From: Octopus sinensis
Lineage: Eukaryota
DNA: 21,760 nt
Direction: 5' to 3'
NCBI RefSeq assembly: GCF_006345805.1
Contig: NW_021823720.1
Location: 1-21,760, forward strand
The notes beneath the pieces were generated by a model. That model did no database searches. It saw only the letters and a list, made by a program, of their open reading frames with translations, and was not told the origin of the DNA. Below, one piece after another: positions 9,700 to 19,154 of this stretch. Every line of letters starts with the position of its first letter. Positions within the stretch are counted from its first letter, which is position 1. The translations under genes were made by a program, and so were the position numbers.

Positions 9700-10085
9700 A
9701 AACAGAATGGTAAAACACAGTATAGAGAGAAATTCGGTAAATAAGCGAAGAGATCTTCCAAACTTTACAGAATTCAATAACAGAACAATACAATAGAAAG
9801 AAAGGAACCAGAGAAAAATATATACCAGAAGTGTAACATAACAACCAAAATGAAAGTATCGGATATCAAAGAACGCAAGAAATAGATTTCGTTAAATCGC
9901 TAAAAATCCGTAGCTGTGAAAAGCGACAACAATTCTTTGAACAAAACAAACTGTTCTACTCTAACCCAAAATGATTTTATCAAAATCTTGGAGTCCTGGA
10001 CAAAATAGAATAGAAATCAATGCAGAACGAAGAACAGAAGTAGAAGAATTCAATGGGAGAGTAGAATATGTTGGGGAAGAAATTA
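9700..10085 (+). mobile_element. Decayed fragment of an R4/Dong-like (RLE) non-LTR retrotransposon, pre-RT region
   Basis: 9897-9993 translates SLKIRSCEKRQQFFEQNKLFYSNPK*FYQNLG, resembling the R4/Dong motif RLRRY..R.....QNRLF..N.K.FYR.L. It is flanked by NKRRDLPNFTEF, KCNITTKMKVSDIKE and TEVEEF in shifting frames, with multiple stops. Clade assignment is from memory of family motifs. Confidence 0.6.
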
Positions 10086-10158
10086 CCGTAAACGAAATTG
10101 TTCCCAGCAATAATTTTGGAAGACCATGTTTTAAAACCCGGGCGCTTCAAACTGAGAA

Positions 10159-10233
10159 ATTAGTATGAACGTGTATGTACATTAGTATGTACGTGTACCA
10201 AGTATGTACCAATTAGTATGTACGTGTACCAAG
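10159..10233. repeat. Short tandem repeat, about 3 copies of ATTAGTATGTACGTGTACCAAG
   Basis: Copies start at 10159 (variant), 10181 and 10212. Confidence 0.85.
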
Positions 10234-10345
10234 CCTGATAAACTCCAAACGATCAGGTGTAAATCTTTACTTTTAGTTTATTATTTCAGGGAATTCGGTT
10301 GCTATTTCGTTGATTTGCTTTCACAATATCGATTTCAGCAATGTC

Positions 10346-10526
10346 GAGGGAGGGGCCAAGTGGATTACATCAACCCCAGTGTTCAACTGGTACTTAGTTT
10401 GGCGATCCCGAAATGATAAAAGACAAAGTCAACATCAGCAGAATTCGAACTCAGAACGTAAAGACAGACGAAATGCTGTCTAAGCGTTTTGCCCGTCGCG
10501 CTAACGATTCTGCCAGCTTCCCGCCT
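10346..10526 (-). mobile_element. SINE family C
   Basis: GATTACATCAACCCCAG...CTGGTACTTA...AAAGTCAAC...GAATTCGAACTCAGAACGTAA...GACGAAAT...CTAACGATTCTGCCAGCT..CCGCC is the reverse complement of 2841-3010. Confidence 0.8.
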
Positions 10527-10551
10527 TATTTACATTTGGTATATACACATG

Positions 10552-10816
10552 AGTGGAGGCGCGTAGCTCAGTGGTTAGGGCGTCAGCATCGTGATCGTAA
10601 GATTGTGGTTTCGATTCCTGGACCGGGCGACGCGTTGTGTTCTTGAGCAAAGCCCTTCATCTTCACGTTGCTCCAGTCCACTCAGCTGGCAAAAATGAGC
10701 AATGCTACGATGGACTGGCGTCCCGTCCTGCTGGGGAACACATACGCCGTTGAAACCGGGAAACCGGACCCATGAGCCTGGCTAGGCTTTAAAAAGGGCG
10801 CATTTACTTTTTTATT
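10552..10816 (+). mobile_element. SINE family B, full length with 12-bp TSD
   Basis: A-box TAGCTCAGTGG, B-box-like GGTTTCGATTCC; perfect flanking direct repeat TATATACACATG at 10540-10551 and 10817-10828. Confidence 0.9.
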
Positions 10817-11452
10817 TATATACACATGTAATTATCGTGATTGCAGTATCCTTCTCTTGAAATGATATTCAATAGCGTAACAAGAAATCAAATTTATAGC
10901 CACATGAGTTTTCATTCGTGGCATCGGAATGTTAAACGTATTTTACCCATACGCAGATATGACTGTGCACGGCCTCATTATTTATTTACTTGAGCCGTTC
11001 GCTTCTTTTATTCAGTTATTCATTAGATTGGCCTTACAAAGAAAAGAAGCTGCGGGCTGGACAAAGACATAATGAAATGATAAACGATATGATAATAATG
11101 ATTGCAACAGCAACGCCCACAAATTGCTGTTTACTCGAGCACATTGTTCTTTATAATATCATATTTGAGGCAACAAACCTCTTACACAGTTCAAAGCCGT
11201 TCGCTTCTTATGGAGCATGTGCCATCGATGCTTTTTCTCCCTTTTCTCGACTCCAGATTCTCACTTTTTCTCCTCTCTCCTCGAATCCCTATTTTTTCAG
11301 TTCCGCCATCATTTTGGATTTCATTGTACTGCATCGTATATTTCCCTGAGAGAAGGCCTTTTTTTCTCGGGTCTTGTGGGTTTTTAATTGTTATCGATGC
11401 TTCGGTAACTTTTCTTTTCTCTTGGTTGGAGTGTTAACCCTTTGTATACCCA

Positions 11453-11848
11453 TTCTCTCTCTCTTTACTCTTTTACTTGTTTCAGTCATTTGACTGCGGC
11501 CATGCTGGAGCACCGCCTTTTAGTCGAGCAAATCGACCCCGGGACTTATTCTTTGTAAGCCCAGTACTTATTCTATCGGTCTCTTTTTGCTGAACCGCTA
11601 AGTGACGGGGACGTAAACACACCAGCATCGGTTGTCAAGCAATGCTAAGGGGACAAACACACACATGCATATATATACATATATACGGCAGGCTTCTTTC
11701 AGTTTCCGTCTACCAAATCCACTCACAAGTCATTGGTCGGCGCGAGATATAGTAGAAGACACTCGCCCATGATGCCACGCAGTGGGACTGAACCCGGAAC
11801 CATGTGGTTGGTTAGCAAGCTACTTACCACACAGCCATTCCCGCGCCT
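11453..11848 (-). mobile_element. SINE family A, full length
   Basis: tRNA-like head, CCTTGGGCAAGTGTC-type block (similar to the start of the CORE domain), central microsatellite, 3' module and (AAAAGAGT)n-like tail. Likely one of the described octopus tRNA-SINEs; exact name not assigned. Confidence 0.92.
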
Positions 11849-12150
11849 TCTGGGAAGAAGTGCTCTTTATTATTGAAGCGTCTATCTGTTGTCCTGTCCA
11901 GCATAGAAGGGCGTACCGGGTGTTTCACCGCAGTCATATTTCTCAGGGTCAATGAGGCACACAAGCCAATACACCGGAACAAGGACTAGACATTAGGGTC
12001 TGATCACGAGAAGAGTGTCTTTTTGGCAGTACTCCCTACACAAGGTTCTCGTCTTCATTAGTGATGAGTAATCTAGCATCGAGAACAAACCCGCATGTAA
12101 ATGATAAGTAATTCTGCAGATATCCCGAAATCCCTGCAGCACCAACAGCA

Positions 12151-12534
12151 GTGGAGGCGCAATGGCCCAGTGGTTAGGGCAGCGGACTCGCGGTCGGAGG
12201 ATCGCGGTTTCTATTCCCAGACCGGGCGTTGTGTGTGTTTATTGAGCGAAAACACCTAAAGCTCCACGAGGCTCCGGCAGGGGGTGGTGGCGACCTCTGT
12301 TGTACTCTTTCGCTACAACTTTCTCTCACTCTTTCTTCCTGTTTCTCGTCTCCGACTTCCTACGCAGCCGCTGAGCCTGGATGCGCATTCATCTATCCGT
12401 CGATGCTCTCGGTGTCGGAGGTTGACGTGCTTTCTCTTCTGCAGGTCTTACGAATAGCAAAGGACCACGTTTCGGACTTCGCCCACTGGGACGAAGACCG
12501 CTTCGCTCAACAAACAAAAAAAAACAAATAAACA
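12151..12534 (+). mobile_element. SINE family D (tRNA-Arg-like head), full length with TSD
   Basis: A-box TGGCCCAGTGG (12163-12173), GGACTCGCGGTCGGAGGATCGCGGTTTCTATTCC resembling the tRNA-Arg anticodon and T arms, A/AAC-rich tail; TSD AGCACCAACAGCA (12138-12150) / AGCACCAACAACA (12535-12547). Confidence 0.88.
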
Positions 12535-12774
12535 AGCACCAACAACAAAAACAAATAAATGAAACTTACAAAGATAGAACTATTTTCTATTGTTTCCCTT
12601 CTTGATACAAATATCTTTTTCTGGCATGTTAAACAGGACTGGAGGCGGGTCTAATGTTCAATAGAGGGACAATCAAACATCTTTTGTAGGACCTCAAGTC
12701 CTATTCTACAGAGGATAAGTAAGTAGAAACACTGCAACAGACAGTAAATGGCGTCACTAGATTAACTGATATGG

Positions 12775-12905
12775 AATCGATAGAATAAGTACCATGCTTA
12801 CAAAAAAGAAAAGTAAATACGTATTGGGGACAAGTCATTTCACAAAAAATTCTTCAAAGCGTGGCTCCAGCATGGCCGCACACTTATAACTGGAACAAGT
12901 GATTG
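12775..12905 (+). mobile_element. Old family A-like SINE 3' half
   Basis: GATAGAATAAGTACCATGCTTACAAA...GGCTCCAGCATGGCCGCA...ACTGGAACAAGT parallels the family A 3' module. Confidence 0.65.
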
Positions 12906-13199
12906 ATAAAATATGAAACGTATAGAGCGAGGCGGGATAACAGCTCTCAAAATGAAACCAATATATTACAGGTACCTAAATAATGATTACTATGTATGGT
13001 GTAAAACATAATTACTTGGTGTGTTAATCATTGGAGATTTAATTTGATGTTTGTCTAAGTTAAGAGAGATTCTTTGCTTCTCTCTAAACACCATTCTCTC
13101 CAAGACAACCACGGCCCCGCCAGACTTACTTTCCCACTTCCCACCCTGTTTCCGATTACGCAAGAAGAGGTTATAGGTACACATTACATACCCATACCA

Positions 13200-13230
13200 C
13201 GTATGTGTGCATGCATATATAATATATTAA

Positions 13231-13271
<41 letters not shown>

Positions 13272-13454
13272 TGTGTGCATATGTGTGAGAGGGTGTGTGA
13301 CTATACATATTTGTGACTGCATACATATGTAAGTATTATATGTATGTGTGTGTGAGAGAGACAGAGAGAGATAGAGAGGGTTTATATTACATATGCAAAC
13401 ATATATATATATATACACGCATGCACATAGGTATGTATCTATATATTATATTTA

Positions 13455-13495
<41 letters not shown>

Positions 13496-13754
13496 CATAT
13501 ATATATATATACATGTATGCATGTATGTATAAATTTCTATATATATATACTTACACGCATATGTGCCTACATACGCGTATACATAAGTGTATACATATAC
13601 AAAATTGCGCTGATTCATGTGTAGATAGATAGATAGATAGATAGATATATGTGTAACATATATTCTACCCATACATACACCTGTATAGGTTGTGTGTTAT
13701 TTGTGCTATGTATACGTATATATGCATATATATATATATGCATACATTTATATG

Positions 13755-13794
<40 letters not shown>

Positions 13795-13820
13795 TATGTA
13801 TATCTCTCTATTATTTATAT

Positions 13821-13863
<43 letters not shown>

Positions 13864-13924
13864 CATACATTTATACGTGTTTGCGTGTGCAAAAACTACA
13901 CAGACCAGACACCGGTACAGTCCC

Positions 13925-13964
<40 letters not shown>

Positions 13965-13975
13965 GCAAACAGACA
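13200..13975. repeat. Compound (TA)/(CA)/(GA)/(GATA) microsatellite field
   Basis: Read directly. Confidence 0.95.
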
Positions 13976-14134
13976 GACTCCAATAAAATTAGAATCACCT
14001 AAAAAAAATAACAAACAGAAAGCATCAGAGCCAGCCATGTTTGTGTGTGTTTCACGTTGTTAAACAATTAAAATGTCGCCTCTTTGTAATCTTGTTACAT
14101 CCTTCCATTCCACTTTGATTGTTTAATTCACCTG

Positions 14135-14990
14135 TTGGCGGCAGCGACGGGGGCGGCAGAGGCCGAGCTGGTGGTTGTGGTGGTGGTTGTAGCAGCGGCG
14201 GTGTTGGTGATGATGGTGGTGGTGGTGATGGTGATGGTGGTGGTGGTGGTGGTGGTTGTAAACAATGGTGGTAGTGATAGTGGTAATGATGATGATGACG
14301 ATGATGATGATGATACTGGTGGTGATGGTGCTGGTGGTGCTGGTGGTTGTGGTGGGGGGAGGTGATGTTGGTGGTGGTGGTTGTGGTGGTGGTGGTGATT
14401 GTGGTTGTGGTGATGTTGGTGGTGGTGATGGTGGTAGTAGTGGTGATGGTGGTGGTGGTGGTGGTGGTGGTGGTGGTGGTGACGGTTGTGGTTGTGGAGA
14501 TGTTGTTGTGGCTATGGTGTGGTGTTGGTGATGGTGGTGGTGGTGGTTGTAAACAATGGTGATAGTGATAGTGGTAATGATGATGATGACGATGATGATG
14601 ATGATACTGGTGGTGATGGTGTTGGTGGTGCTGGTAATTGTGGTGGTGGTTCGTGGTGGTGGTGGTGGTGGTGGTACTGCTGCTGCTGTTGCTGGTGCTG
14701 GTGCAGGTAACTGCTGCCAGTGAAGGTGGTAATAAAAAATGGTGTTAGTGATAGTGGTAATGATGATGATGACGATGATGATGATACTGGTGGTGATGGT
14801 GTTGGTGGTTGTGGTGGGGGGCGTGATGGTGGTGGTGGTGGTGATTGTGGTTGTGGTGATGGTGGTGGTGGTAGTGGTGATGATGATGGTGGTGGTGGTG
14901 GTGATGGTGGTGGTGATGGTTGTGGTGACGGTTGTGGTGGTGGTGGTGGTGGTGGTGGTGGTGGTGGTGGTGGAGGAGGTTGCAAAAACG
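14135..14990. repeat. Degenerate (GGT)/(GAT) tract with three copies of an about 70-nt core
   Basis: AATGGTG.TAGTGATAGTGGTAATGATGATGATGACGATGATGAT(GAT)GATACTGGTGGTGATGGTG.TGGTGGT occurs at about 14264, 14555 and 14738. Confidence 0.92.
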
Positions 14991-15027
14991 TTAGCGGTGT
15001 TCATGTTGATATTGACGATACTCTTTA

Positions 15028-15075
15028 ACTCCTTAATTAGCTTCAGTTCGAGAGCTGCTGCCATGCTGGAGCAAC
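15028..15075 (-). mobile_element. Isolated SINE 3'-tail remnant
   Basis: TAATTAGCTTCAGTTCGAGAGCTGCTGCCATGCTGGAGCA is similar to 19401-19444 and to the family A 3' end (CAGTCATTTGACTGCGGCCATGCTGGAGCACCGCC). Confidence 0.65.
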
Positions 15076-15394
15076 ATGCCGTTAATGAAAGTCGAGATTG
15101 TTGCATTGGTGGAGGTATAGGTGGTGGCGTTTGATGATTGATTTACTGTTTAAGCTAGTAGAGGCTGCAGTAGCAATTTCAATCCAAATAACCATTATGC
15201 CCTTAGTTTCCCTGTACCTCAGCTCTTAAACAGAAGAGCTATAATCAAAGACGCTCCAGTCGTGACTGCTCGGTCATATTTTTATAAGTGATATATATAT
15301 ATATATATACATACATACATATATATACAAATACACGCACACATTATACCAACACGAAAACATATACATACATTCACACACAGATATGTATAAA

Positions 15395-15426
<32 letters not shown>

Positions 15427-15872
15427 TATATTTAATATATATATGTAGAAAATGGATGTAGAAAATAAACACACGAACTTATACAAAAATCACAAACGGA
15501 TGGAAAACACCAGATCACCAACTTCTTTTCAGTTATCGGCCAGAGGGTCAAGCGCAATTTCGTTCATTATCGATAATATTACCTCCACTCTGGAGGCACC
15601 GACAAGAAACTTGCCGGGATTGGTACCAAATCATGACAATATGTGTGTGTATGTGTGTGTGTATAGTGTATATACACACATATATATTTACATATAGACA
15701 ATCAATAGTGATTAACATGAAATACATAAAGTCACTCCATCCGTGACCATGCTGTCAATTATGGGTATGCTGGACGATAATATATTCAGTGCGCTTCCCA
15801 TTTTGTAAACTTAAGTAAACTTAACTGCTATTTCTTATGAAATTAGCTATTTTTGTTTTGGTGGTGATGGTT

Positions 15873-16115
15873 TTATGGCGGGATCACTATAGGAGTCAAT
15901 GGGGCAGCTATGGTGAGGGTCATGATGGTGAGGCGTATTGATGCTCTTATCATGTTGCACGTAGCGAGGATTGATTCGCTTATGTCAGTGGTGGTGGTGG
16001 TGGTGGTGGTGGCGCTGGTGGTGAAGGTCGTCATCTTGATAGTTGATCTGGTGGTGTTAGTATTTGCGGTGCTGATTGTGGCCATAGTGGATAAGGTTGC
16101 GGTTGTGTTGATGGT

Positions 16116-16146
<31 letters not shown>

Positions 16147-16337
16147 ATGTTTGTGGTAGCTGTTGTGATGATACAGGTCAGGACCATTGATGCTTTTGTA
16201 GTGGTGATGGAGTTAGTCAAAAATGGTGGACAAGGTGTGCTGGTGATGTTTATTGTGGTGGTGGTGGTGGTGGTGGTGGTGGTGGCATCGGTGGTGGCGT
16301 CGGTGGTGGCGTCTGTGGTCATGGTTACCGTAATGGC
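15873..16337 (-). other. Thr-rich open frame after a candidate splice acceptor (possible mucin-like exon, or a degenerate ACC repeat)
   Basis: Minus-strand CTTTCTCTCTTCAACTAATGCAACAG|GCC acceptor; 154 codons stay in Thr phase up to TAA at 15875-15873. No recognisable domain. Confidence 0.25.
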
Positions 16338-16481
16338 CTGTTGCATTAGTTGAAGAGAGAAAGTTTCAGGTTACGGTGTAGGATACATTCTTGCACACAC
16401 CCACTGATGTCAAATACACGTACGGGTTCACGCCCACAAAATACGAAAAGGAAACCTACATATGTGTGTGTGCGTTTGTGA

Positions 16482-16507
<26 letters not shown>

Positions 16508-16512
<5 letters not shown>

Positions 16513-16608
16513 TGCTAAGATGATCTGGTTTCTTGACTGATGACTGGGGCTTCGAATGTCCGTCCTGTGGTTCTTGTGTCGTCTCTGTGGTGTTTCATGT
16601 TCTTGTCC
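16508..16608 (+). repeat. Unclassified dispersed repeat (family E), copy 2
   Basis: GAAATTGCTAAGATGATCTGGTTTCTTGACTGATGACTGGGGCTTCGAATGTCCGTCC is homologous to the reverse complement of 1735-1838. Confidence 0.65.
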
Positions 16609-16634
16609 ATGTCTGTATTTAATTTTACTGTTTA

Positions 16635-16666
16635 CCTATATATATATATATATTATATATACGTAT

Positions 16667-16697
<31 letters not shown>

Positions 16698-17241
16698 CAT
16701 CTATAAATATGTAATTGTTATACATATACATATAATTACAATTATAATTTATATACCTGTATATGAACATGTGTGTACGTGTGTGCGTGTGTGTATGTAT
16801 ATGCGTATATATATATATATATATGCGCACGCATATATATGTAAGTATATGTACATACACACATACACACATATGTTTCTTTATGTGTGGATGCATTTAC
16901 ATGTGTGTGCGTGTGTGTGTGTCTGTGTATGTGTGTGTGTGAGTGTGTCTGTATGTATGTGAGTGTGTGTGTTTTGGGTGCGTGTGCGTGTGTGTCGCGG
17001 CATTGTAATCAATTTCGATAAAAGCCGTAATGTCGGGGAGGAAAGATTTTGGCTAAAGTTAATCAAATTACTAAATTTAGGGATCGATATCTTAAAGCTA
17101 TTAAAACCGATCACTTAATTTATCGAATCATGTCCTCTTTTTTAACTGTTTTAATTATTCCCCTTGATTTCACTCTCCTATTTATTCGTTTGTTTATTTA
17201 TTTCCTAATTGTATTACGTTGTCTGCATCCGTATTTATGTG

Positions 17242-17291
<50 letters not shown>

Positions 17292-17621
17292 TGTATGTAT
17301 GTATGTATGTATGCGTAAGCGGTAGTATGTATGCGTGTTTGTGGCAGTATATGTGTGTCTACAGGAGTGTGTGTTTGTGTGGTGTATGTGCAAGTGATGA
17401 CGGCTAAGGTTTTATTTTTCCGGTCGCCATTAAACTCTGAAACACTTTCGTCCACAATAGAACCACAAACTGCTGCACAGCATAGATTAGATACCATCAC
17501 GCACATATATACACTCACGCACACAAACACACACACACACACACCTACGTATATGTATGTATACAAATGCATGCATAAGTCTTTGTGGCTGTATTTAAGT
17601 ATGTATGTATGTATATATATA

Positions 17622-17671
<50 letters not shown>

Positions 17672-17786
17672 AGAGAGAGACAGACAGACAAACAGACAGA
17701 GACAGAGAATAGATATATATATAATATATATATACCTATATACATTCATTATTTATTTATACATATATATACATACATATATATAT

Positions 17787-17829
<43 letters not shown>

Positions 17830-17898
17830 ATATATATACATTGATACAGATAGACGAAATGTATTTCAATCTGTACCACACATACACTCACCGACGCG

Positions 17899-17936
<38 letters not shown>

Positions 17937-18140
17937 TAGAGAGAGACAGACAGACAGACAGAGACAGAGACAGAGAATAGATATATATATAATAATATAA
18001 TATATATATTATACTATATATATATATAGATATATATACATATATACGTTCATTTATTTAATCATACATATACGTACGTACGTACGTACATACATTCATG
18101 TACGTACGTACAAAACCACACCTATATATATATACACAGC
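16635..18140. repeat. Compound microsatellite fields (TA, CA, TATG, GA, GACA, TACG) with short unique spacers
   Basis: Read directly; unique spacers at about 17000-17235 and 17400-17500. Confidence 0.9.
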
Positions 18141-18494
18141 TATGAACATTGTATCTAATAGGTGTATTAGTGTTCCTTTATCTACTTATGTACTTGTTAT
18201 ATGTTTATTTCAAGGTGTGTGGACGTATGTGCGTTGAACCTTTTTTATGTGTCTTATCTATTAACGAACTCCCAATGTGGTAAACAAAATCAATTGTTTT
18301 CGAATTTCCTCGAATTTCCTCACACTTATGAACCCTTTATTGAAAGACAGCGAGTTTCTGTTCCTTTGCTATATAAACCTACGCTTTACCGTCCTGTCGA
18401 AGACGAATCTAGAATCACGATCCAGTATTGTAAAATGAACTTGCAAGAAATAATCATACTGGGTAGGGCGACAATAAGACATTGAGTTCAGTCT

Positions 18495-18566
18495 GTGGAG
18501 GCACATGGCCTAGTGGTTAGAGCAGCGGACTCGGGGTCGAGGGATCGCAGGTTCGAATCTCAGCCC
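18495..18566 (+). mobile_element. SINE family D head only
   Basis: GTGGAGGCACATGGCCTAGTGGTTAGAGCAGCGGACTCGGGGTCGAGGGATCGCAGGTTCGAATCTCAG aligns with 12151-12221; near-consensus A and B boxes. Confidence 0.8.
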
Positions 18567-18774
18567 CTGAGTAGTGTTTTCAAGTAACTAAAGTGAGTTG
18601 ATGAATCGCCACTTCTATCAACTGGCATTAATACTTTAAGGGGATTAATTGACACTAGACTCATCGTTGGTTGAATTGATTCTTCTGTCCGGAATGTGTC
18701 GTGCAGTTTCGGCGAATAAGGATCAATGCACCCAACTTAGCATCTGTCATGCTGCACCCCATGACTTCGCTACT

Positions 18775-19150
18775 TGAATGCGACCATGCTGGAGCACCGC
18801 CTTTAGTCGATAAATCGACCTCAGGACTTATTCTTTGGAAGCCTAGTACTTACCCTATCGGTTTTTCTTTTGCCGAAGCGCTAAGTTCCGGGGACGTAAA
18901 CACACCAGCATCGGTTGTCAAGCGATGTTGGGGAACAAATACAGACACACAAACATACACACACAAATATATGAGTATATACATATACGACGTGCTTCTT
19001 TCAGTTTCCGTCTACCAAATCCACTCACAAGGCTTTGGTTGGCCCGAGGCTATAGTAGAAGACAGCTGCCCAAGATGCCATTCAGTGGGACTGAACCCAG
19101 AACCATGTAGTTGCTAAGCAAGCTATTTACCACACAGCCACTCCTGCGCA
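18775..19150 (-). mobile_element. SINE family A, lacking the extreme 3' tail
   Basis: Colinear with 11490-11848. Confidence 0.9.
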
Positions 19151-19154
19151 TATA

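Noticed and set aside
11210-11350. Minus-strand KVRIWSREKGEK resembling a Harbinger transposase N-terminus
   Set aside because: Similarity is too weak, there are in-frame stops, and no downstream DDE motifs are seen.
11434-11443. TTAACCCTTT as the end of a TTAA-type DNA transposon or MITE
   Set aside because: No matching AAAGGGTTAA end was found in the window.
14255-14800. Repeated core with variable spacers as a CRISPR-like array
   Set aside because: Eukaryotic trinucleotide context, spacers are themselves GGT repeats of unequal length, and there are no cas genes.
14123-15106. 327-aa minus-strand ORF as a real protein
   Set aside because: Its N-terminus is encoded by a SINE-tail remnant (15028-15075), and it drifts between Thr, His and Pro phases of the same repeat.
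17000-17120. GEERFWLKLIKLLNLG as the C-terminus of a Penelope GIY-YIG endonuclease
   Set aside because: Too short and too weak to support without a profile search.
18495-18570. tRNA-Arg gene
   Set aside because: A and B boxes are present, but the T-stem and acceptor stem do not close and the sequence aligns to the family D SINE head; the same applies at 12151 and 10552.
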